A DNA stretch of 32,000 nucleotides, from contig CAWJMG010000003.1 in NCBI GenBank assembly GCA_963843975.1, positions 930,001-962,000 of the forward strand. Reading direction: 5' to 3'. The stretch's first letter is position 1, and the number at the start of each line of letters is the position of its first letter. The notes under the pieces are model-generated. The model worked only from the letters and a program-made list of their open reading frames with translations, was not told the origin of the DNA and searched no databases. This DNA is from an uncultured Actinomycetes bacterium (lineage in GTDB: Bacteria; Actinomycetota; Actinomycetes; S36-B12; CAIYMF01). Shown in pieces: positions 26,276 to 32,000 of this stretch. A program made the translations under genes and the position numbers.

Positions 26276-27360
26276 GCCGTGACCTCCTCCAGCGCGGCGC
26301 GGAACGCCGCGTTCTCCTCGGGCGTGCCGACGCTCACCCGCAAGTACGACTCGGGACCGGTCTCCCGGATCAGGACGCCGCGCTCGAGCAGCCCCTGCCA
26401 GACCGCGTGCCGGTCCGCGAAGTGCCCGAACAGCACGAAGTTCGCGTCGCTGTCGGGGACGGCGTGGCCGCGGGAACGCAGCCACGCGACGAGGGCGTCG
26501 CGCTCGGCGCGCAGCAGCGCGACCTGCTCCTGCAGCTCGCCGGCGTGCGCGAGCGCCGTGCGCGCGACAGCCTGCGTGACGGCCGACAGGTGGTACGGCA
26601 GGCGCACGAGCTGCACCGCCTGCACGACGGCGGGCGAGGCCGCGAGATAGCCGAGGCGTGCGCCCGCGAGCCCGAACGCCTTGCTCATCGTGCGTGTCAC
26701 GACGAGGCGCGGGTGGTCGGCGAGCAGCTCGAGCGAGCTGGGCGTGCCGCTGCGGCGGAACTCGGCGTACGCCTCGTCGACCACGACCATGCCGGGCGCC
26801 GCGTCGAGCACCGCGCGCACGACGTCGAGGTCGAGCGGGGTGCCGGTGGGGTTGTTGGGCGAGGCGAGCAGCACGATGTCGGGCTCGTGCGCCTCGATCG
26901 CGAACACCGCCGCGACAGGGTCGACGCGGAACTCGGCGTCGCGCGGGATCGTGACGTAGCGGGTGAAGGTGTCGCGGCAGTACTCGGGATACATCGAGTA
27001 CGTCGGCGAGAAGCCGAGCGCGGTGCGGCCAGGACCGCCGAACGCCAGCATCAGCTGGTGCATGACCTCGTTGCTGCCGTTCGCCGGCCACAGCTGCTCG
27101 CCGGTCAGGGCGACGCCGCTCTCACGACCGAGGTACGCCGCGAGGTCCGCACGCAGCGCCACGGCGTCGCGGTCTGGGTAGCGGTTGAGCCCGCGCGTGG
27201 CGTCGGCGACGGCGGACGCGACGTCGGCGACGAGGGAGTCGGACGGCGCGAACGGATTCTCGTTCACGTTGAGGCGCGCTGCGACGTCGAGCTGCGGGGC
27301 GCCGTACGGCACCTGACCTCGCAGGTCGTCACGCACCGGGAGGTCGTCGAGGTGGGTCAT
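26272..27360 (-). CDS. hisC: Histidinol-phosphate aminotransferase
   Basis: A 362-aa protein containing LNVNENP...NGSNE...SPNNPTG...DEAY..F...[15 protein letters not shown] (PLP lysine). Confidence 0.93.
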   Translation of the reverse strand: MTHLDDLPVRDDLRGQVPYGAPQLDVAARLNVNENPFAPSDSLVADVASAVADATRGLNRYPDRDAVALRADLAAYLGRESGVALTGEQLWPANGSNEVMHQLMLAFGGPGRTALGFSPTYSMYPEYCRDTFTRYVTIPRDAEFRVDPVAAVFAIEAHEPDIVLLASPNNPTGTPLDLDVVRAVLDAAPGMVVVDEAYAEFRRSGTPSSLELLADHPRLVVTRTMSKAFGLAGARLGYLAASPAVVQAVQLVRLPYHLSAVTQAVARTALAHAGELQEQVALLRAERDALVAWLRSRGHAVPDSDANFVLFGHFADRHAVWQGLLERGVLIRETGPESYLRVSVGTPEENAAFRAALEEVTA

Positions 27361-27361
27361 C

Positions 27362-28666
27362 TCAGCCGCCGCTCGGACGGTTGACGCGCACCTCGACGGC
27401 CGCCGCGTGGCCGGGGAGGTCCTCGGCGTTCGCGAGCGCGATCACGTGGTGGGCGACGTCGCGAAGCGCCTGGGCGTCGTAGTCGATGACGTGGATGCCG
27501 CGCAGGAACGTCTGCACCGACAGGCCGGACGAGTGGCAGGCGCAGCCGCCGGTGGGCAGCACGTGGTTGGAGCCGGCGGCGTAGTCGCCGAGCGACACGG
27601 GCGCGTGCGACCCGACGAAGATCGCGCCGGCGTTGCGCACCCGCAGGGCGACGGCGCGGGCGTCGCGCGTGTGGATCTCGAGGTGCTCGGCGGCGTACGC
27701 GTCGACGACGGCGAGGCCTGCGTCGAGGTCGTCGACCAGCACGATGCCGCTCTGCGAGCCGGCGAGCGCCTCGGCGATGCGCTCGCTGTGCTTGGTGGCC
27801 GGCACCTGGATCGCGAGCTCGGCCTCGACGGCGTCGGCCAGCTCGGCGCTCGTGGTGACGAGGACGCTCGCGGCGATGACGTCGTGCTCGGCCTGGCTGA
27901 TGAGGTCGGCGGCGACGTACGCGGCGTCGGCCGTGTCGTCGGCGAGCACGGCGATCTCGGTGGGACCGGCCTCGGAGTCGATGCCGATGCGGCCCTTGAG
28001 CAGGCGCTTGGCCGCGGTGACGTAGATGTTGCCGGGGCCCGTGACCATGTACACGGGTGCGACGTCCTCGGTGCCGTAGGCGAACATCGCGACCGCCTGG
28101 GCGCCGCCGGCGGCGTACACCTCGTGCACGTCGAGCAGGGCGCAGGCGGCGAGGATCGTGGGGTGCGGCAGCCCGCCGAAGTCCTTCTGCGGCGGGCTCG
28201 CCACGGCGAAGGATGCGACGCCCGCGACCTGGGCGGGCACGACGTTCATCACGACCGAGCTCGGGTAGACCGCGCGGCCGCCGGGCACGTAGAGGCCGAC
28301 CCGCTCGACCGGCAGCCACCGCTCGGTGACCGAGCCGCCGAGGACGACCTGGGTGGTGGTGTCCGTGCGCCGCTGGTCCTCGTGCACCAGGCGCGCTCGC
28401 CGGATCGACTCCTCGAGGGCAGCACGGACCGCCGGATCGAGGTTGGCGAGGGCGGAGTCGAGCGCCTCCTGCGGCACGCGCAGGCTCGGCGGGCGGACGC
28501 CGTCGAGCTTCTCGCCCCACTCGAGCACCGCCTCGGTGCCGCGCTGGCGGACGTCCTCGACGATGGGCCGGACGGTGTGCAGCACGCTCTCGACGTCGAC
28601 GGCTGCACGGGGCAGCACGTCACGAGGGTCGACGGACGAGCCCCGGAGGTCGATGCGGCGGATCAC
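27362..28666 (-). CDS. hisD: Histidinol dehydrogenase
   Basis: The GTG at 28666 gives 434 aa, containing [15 protein letters not shown]...[13 protein letters not shown]...[12 protein letters not shown]...GPTEI...SQAEHD...[15 protein letters not shown]. The longer ORF to 29965 is an artefact. Confidence 0.93.
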   Translation of the reverse strand: MIRRIDLRGSSVDPRDVLPRAAVDVESVLHTVRPIVEDVRQRGTEAVLEWGEKLDGVRPPSLRVPQEALDSALANLDPAVRAALEESIRRARLVHEDQRRTDTTTQVVLGGSVTERWLPVERVGLYVPGGRAVYPSSVVMNVVPAQVAGVASFAVASPPQKDFGGLPHPTILAACALLDVHEVYAAGGAQAVAMFAYGTEDVAPVYMVTGPGNIYVTAAKRLLKGRIGIDSEAGPTEIAVLADDTADAAYVAADLISQAEHDVIAASVLVTTSAELADAVEAELAIQVPATKHSERIAEALAGSQSGIVLVDDLDAGLAVVDAYAAEHLEIHTRDARAVALRVRNAGAIFVGSHAPVSLGDYAAGSNHVLPTGGCACHSSGLSVQTFLRGIHVIDYDAQALRDVAHHVIALANAEDLPGHAAAVEVRVNRPSGG

Positions 28667-28801
28667 GCCGGCCAGTCTACGGAGAGCCGCCTCCCGCACC
28701 CACCCGAGTACTGCCCGGCGTCCGCACCCTGAGACGTGGCCGTTCGCGGCTCGCGGAGGGGCGGGGATGCGCCCCGGACGGCGGTGGGCCACGCTGGGGC
28801 C

Positions 28802-29497
28802 GTGACGGGCAGGCGGGTCGGCGACCGAGCAGTGATCCCGCTGTTCCCGCTCGGCACAGTGCTGGTGCCCGGGCTGGTGCTCCCGCTGCACGTGTTCGAG
28901 CCGCGCTACCGCCAGCTGCTGACCGATCTCGCCGCGAAGCCCGAGCACGAGCGCGGCTTCGGGGTCGTCGCGATCCGCGAGGGCGGCGAGGTCGGCGAGC
29001 AGGGCGTGAAGGCCCTGCACGAGGTCGGCACCCTCGCCCTCCTGCAGTCCGTCGCCGGGTGGCCGGACGGCCGGTCGGACATCACGACCAGCGGCGACGC
29101 GCGCTTCCGCGTGGTGCGGCTGGTCGACGAGGGGACGCCGTACACCTGCGCCGAGGTGGAGTGGCTCGCCGAGGGCGACGGCGACGGAGACACCCCTGCC
29201 CTCGCACAGGCTGTGAGCGCACGGTTCGACGAGTACCGCGCGGCGGTGGCGGGTGCCGGGGCGGTGGAGGCCGCGCAGATGCTGGCGCTGAGCTCGGAGC
29301 CGCGGATGCTGTCGTACCTCGTGGCCGTGGCCATGGTGCTCGACATCCGCGACCGCCAGATGCTGCTCGAGACGGCGACGACCACCGACCGTCTGCGCGC
29401 CGAGCTGTCGCTGCTCGGACGCGAGAACGTGCTCATGCGCGAGCTGCCGTCGCTGCCGGCCATCGACCTGGCCCGCACATCCAGCGGCGTGAACTGA
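28802..29497 (+). CDS. LON substrate-binding (Lon N-terminal) domain protein
   Basis: [29 protein letters not shown] is the hallmark of the family. GTG at 28802 was chosen. Confidence 0.7.
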   Translation: MTGRRVGDRAVIPLFPLGTVLVPGLVLPLHVFEPRYRQLLTDLAAKPEHERGFGVVAIREGGEVGEQGVKALHEVGTLALLQSVAGWPDGRSDITTSGDARFRVVRLVDEGTPYTCAEVEWLAEGDGDGDTPALAQAVSARFDEYRAAVAGAGAVEAAQMLALSSEPRMLSYLVAVAMVLDIRDRQMLLETATTTDRLRAELSLLGRENVLMRELPSLPAIDLARTSSGVN

Positions 29498-29509
29498 CAC
29501 CCTGACCTG

Positions 29510-29869
29510 ATGAGCCCCCTCGAGGACGAGCACGCGAGGCTCGCCCTCGACGCGGCCGACCAGGCCGAGGTCGTGCTCGCTCTGTTCGAGGAGGCGTCCC
29601 CGGGCGACCACCGGCCCGCCGACGCCATCGAGGCGGCGAGGGCGTGGGCCCGCGGCGAGATCACCATCGACGCCGCACGCGATGCGGCGTACGGCGCCCA
29701 CACCGCGGCGCGGGAGGCGCACACCGCCGAGGCCGTGGCCGCCGCCCGCGCGGCGGGCCACGCCGCAGCCACCGCGGAGAACGCAGGGCACGCGCCGCAC
29801 GCCCGGCAGTACGCCGACCGCGCGACGGCCGAGCGCACGCGACGCGACGGGAACCTGTCGTCGCCGTGA
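29510..29869 (+). CDS. Hypothetical Ala-rich helical protein
   Basis: A 119-aa ORF with an ATG start. The repeated AAR/HA motifs are possibly Imm-5-like, which I cannot verify. Confidence 0.45.
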   Translation: MSPLEDEHARLALDAADQAEVVLALFEEASPGDHRPADAIEAARAWARGEITIDAARDAAYGAHTAAREAHTAEAVAAARAAGHAAATAENAGHAPHARQYADRATAERTRRDGNLSSP

Positions 29870-29894
29870 CGGCGGAGTCCGCGATGATGCGGGC

Positions 29895-30386
29895 GTGAGC
29901 ACGAAGCCCTCCCCCGGCGGCACCCCGGCCACCGTCGCCCTGACCGCGGCCGGCGTCGCGTTCACGGCCCACGCCTACGACCACGACCCGGCTGCTCCGT
30001 CGTACGGGCTCGAGGCAGCCGACGTGCTCGGGCTGCCGGCCGAGCAGGTGTTCAAGACGCTGCTGGCCGACGTCGACGGGTCGCTCGTCGTGGCGATCGT
30101 GCCGGTCGCGGGCAAGCTCCACCTCAAGGCGCTCGCGGCGGCGGTCGGTGGCAAGAAGGCCGCCATGGCCGACCCGCACCTCGCGGAGCGCACCACCGGC
30201 TACGTCGTCGGCGGCATCAGCCCGCTCGGGCAGAAGAAGGCGCTCCCGACCGTGCTCGACGAGACGGCGATCCTCTACGACACGGTCTACGTGAGCGGCG
30301 GGCGCCGCGGGTTCGATCTCGGCCTCGACCCGGACGACCTGATCGCCCTGACCGCCGCGATCATCGCCGACATCGCCCGCGACTGA
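29895..30386 (+). CDS. ybaK: YbaK/EbsC-type Cys-tRNA(Pro) deacylase
   Basis: Contains [22 protein letters not shown]...EQVFKTLL......VAIVPV..KL.LKALA...GK.A.MA.....[15 protein letters not shown]. Confidence 0.8.
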   Translation: MSTKPSPGGTPATVALTAAGVAFTAHAYDHDPAAPSYGLEAADVLGLPAEQVFKTLLADVDGSLVVAIVPVAGKLHLKALAAAVGGKKAAMADPHLAERTTGYVVGGISPLGQKKALPTVLDETAILYDTVYVSGGRRGFDLGLDPDDLIALTAAIIADIARD

Positions 30387-30984
30387 CCGCGACTCCCGCG
30401 GCCCAGCCCGGCGCTCGCCCGTGCCCTGGAGGATGCAGCTCGGCGGCCGGGACGCCGGCGCTCACCAGCAGCCAAGCGACGAGTGAGTTCGAGTTCCACA
30501 TCTCCCCCGTCCGCTGCTCGTCTCGTCCCCAGACGCACGTCGGGAACGAGGGAGCCAGCTCGAGGATGCGCGCTGCGACGACGGGGTCGTCGCTCACCCG
30601 CTGGACGCCGCCGACGGCGTACGCGCGGTCCGGGATGACGCCGTCGCGCCAGCAGTGCACCTCGTAGCGGAAGTACCTCGACCGCCCGAGCTGGCGCAGA
30701 CCGACCGGGCCCGAGGCCACGGCACCGGCCGGCGTGTGGCCGGAGCCCCAGGCGGGCGTCATCTCCACGACGAAGCGATCGTCGCCTGCGACGACCTCCA
30801 GCGCCGCGTGGAAGAGCTCGGCGCGTGGCCGATGCTCACGCCAGGCGACGAACGCCTCGTAGGCCACGCCGTTCCAGTGCACGACAGGGATCCGCGAACC
30901 TGCACCGAGCGGGATCCAGAGGAGATCGACGCCGGACGCCGCCCGATGGGCCACGGTCTCGCCTCCCGTCACGATCCGGACCAC
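30361..30984 (-). CDS. Hypothetical conserved-looking protein (start uncertain: 30984, 30972 or 30954)
   Basis: Sequence ...DLLWIPLGAGSRIPVVHWNGVAYEAF.... The GTG at 30972 forms a GTGA overlap with an upstream-frame stop. The GTG at 30954 has GGGAGG upstream. The 3' end overlaps ybaK convergently by 26 nt. Confidence 0.5.
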   Translation of the reverse strand: MVRIVTGGETVAHRAASGVDLLWIPLGAGSRIPVVHWNGVAYEAFVAWREHRPRAELFHAALEVVAGDDRFVVEMTPAWGSGHTPAGAVASGPVGLRQLGRSRYFRYEVHCWRDGVIPDRAYAVGGVQRVSDDPVVAARILELAPSFPTCVWGRDEQRTGEMWNSNSLVAWLLVSAGVPAAELHPPGHGRAPGWAAGVAVSRGRCRR

Positions 30985-31285
30985 GCGTGCCTCTCGTCGA
31001 TGCGCGCCAGCCGACGTTGGAGTGCTCTGGCACGTCGGCGAGGCGAGTCAAGCCTCGAGCTTCCCGGGCTCGGGCCTCGATCTCGAGACGGTCGAGCGCG
31101 GCGTCGACGGCGTCCATCTCGTACGCGTGCTTCCTCGAGGCCTCGAACTGCACCTCGCGGATGGCTTTCGCCGACAGCCCGCGGGCGTTGGCCAGGAACA
31201 CGTCCACCTGGGCGGCGTTGTAGCCGCGGCCCTTCGCCTTCGGGAACGCGCCCCCGGCGCGCACACCGGGCGGCAGCGCGGACAT
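30836..31285 (-). CDS. DivIVA-domain protein; the 3' part is doubtful (possible frameshift near 31002-31008)
   Basis: The N-terminus FPKAKGRGYNAAQVDVFLANAR is the DivIVA-domain repeat signature. The C-terminal ~50 aa are Arg-rich and overlap the next same-strand gene by about 150 nt. Confidence 0.5.
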   Translation of the reverse strand: MSALPPGVRAGGAFPKAKGRGYNAAQVDVFLANARGLSAKAIREVQFEASRKHAYEMDAVDAALDRLEIEARAREARGLTRLADVPEHSNVGWRASTRGTRGPDRDGRRDRGPSGGVRRRSPLDPARCRFADPCRALERRGLRGVRRLA

Positions 31286-31390
31286 CGGCCCTTGCGGCAG
31301 CAGCGGGGCCGCGTCGCCCTGCAGGGCGGCGAGCTTCTCCGGTGATGTCCTCGGCCTTGGGCCGCGGCCACCACGAGGTGAAGTCGGGGA

Positions 31391-32000
31391 TCAGAGGCCT
31401 CCGATGATCGGCGCGAGGATCACCTTGACGATCATCGCGACGGGGTAGACGAGCGCGTAGCCCAGGTTGACCCGCGGATCGGCTCCTGTCACGTCGTTCG
31501 CATAGGCGAGCACCGCGGGCTGCGTCTGGGTGCCGGCCATGACGCCGGCCAGCGTCGGGCCGTACGCCGCGGAGAGGCGGCGGGACACGAGCAGCCCGAC
31601 GGCGACGAGGACCGTCACGACCGCACCGGTCGCCAGGAGTCGCGGGCCGATGTCGCTGGCGAGCGCGTCGGCGAGCGCAGCGCCGGCGTTCGACCCGGCG
31701 TACGCCAGGAACATGAGCATGCCGAGCTGGGTGAGCGTGGCCGAGACCGAGTGCGGCAGCGACCACAGCACCGGGCCGGTGCGCTGCAGACGGCCGACGA
31801 CGAGGCCGACCAGGAGCGGGCCGCCCGCGATGCCGAGCGACACCACGGCACCGCCGGGAAGGGGCACGTGGATGAGCCCGACGAGCAGGCCGATGCCCAG
31901 GCCGAGGAACAGGCCGACCGGGTTGATGTCGGTGGCGCCGCGCTCGGAGTCGCCGAGGTGCTTCGCGACCTTGGTGATCGCCTCGGTCGGGCCGACGACG
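31391..32000 (-). CDS. YidE/YbjL-type (aspartate:alanine exchanger family) transporter; C-terminal part only, since the 5' end is outside the window
   Basis: The frame is open to the window edge: ...VVGPTEAITKVAKHLGDSERGATDINPVGLFLGLGIGLLVGLIHVPLPGGAVVSLGIAGGPLLVGL.... Confidence 0.75.
   Translation of the reverse strand, partial: VVGPTEAITKVAKHLGDSERGATDINPVGLFLGLGIGLLVGLIHVPLPGGAVVSLGIAGGPLLVGLVVGRLQRTGPVLWSLPHSVSATLTQLGMLMFLAYAGSNAGAALADALASDIGPRLLATGAVVTVLVAVGLLVSRRLSAAYGPTLAGVMAGTQTQPAVLAYANDVTGADPRVNLGYALVYPVAMIVKVILAPIIGGL

Noticed and set aside
30432-30442. A third occurrence of GATGCAGCTCG, in the 3' end of ORF 30361..30984 (coding strand ...AAELH...), as another frameshift site
   Set aside because: Removing a base there extends the ORF far into the antisense of ybaK instead of giving a better C-terminus, and I have no homology to judge either tail. 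The context also differs after position 9 (GG rather than AC). It is not callable from sequence alone.

Overview
This is a high-GC, Actinobacteria-like chromosomal window. The backbone is the conserved trp/his biosynthesis neighbourhood. It lies almost entirely on the minus strand and is tightly coupled by ATGA/GTGA start-stop overlaps. Gene order is trpB (partial), trpC, trpE, hisI, hisF, hisA (priA-type), hisH, hisB, hisC, hisD. Interspersed are small membrane proteins (DUF2752, HGxxPAAW, Trp-associated membrane protein), a two-component system and accessory enzymes. The main accessory feature is an integrated element of about 9.85 kb (roughly 12706-22567) that splits an acyltransferase-3 gene. 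Joining the two flanks restores one in-frame ORF. Both junctions carry AGG(T/C)GAGCGCCT, and a large serine recombinase sits about 55 bp inside the right junction. The element has 15 ORFs. I recognised no virion, terminase, lysis, FtsK/TraB or relaxase gene among them. It has one XRE-type regulator as its only plus-strand gene and a leftward cargo operon of secreted, small-TM and DUF4258-like proteins. A 13-nt start-associated motif (GGAGCCCTCTCAC) recurs at its translation starts and in a hairpin loop. A 170-bp AT-rich island is flanked by a perfect 21-bp inverted repeat and four 9-mers. I consider it a candidate satellite-like or cryptic minimal integrative element, but its function is unknown. 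Separately, hisB and an OmpR-family response regulator each carry one extra base at the identical 11-nt context TGCAGCTCGAC. A DivIVA-domain ORF may carry a third frameshift. I saw no rRNA, tRNA or CRISPR array. All functional calls come from reading translated ORFs and recalling family motifs; no database search was possible.
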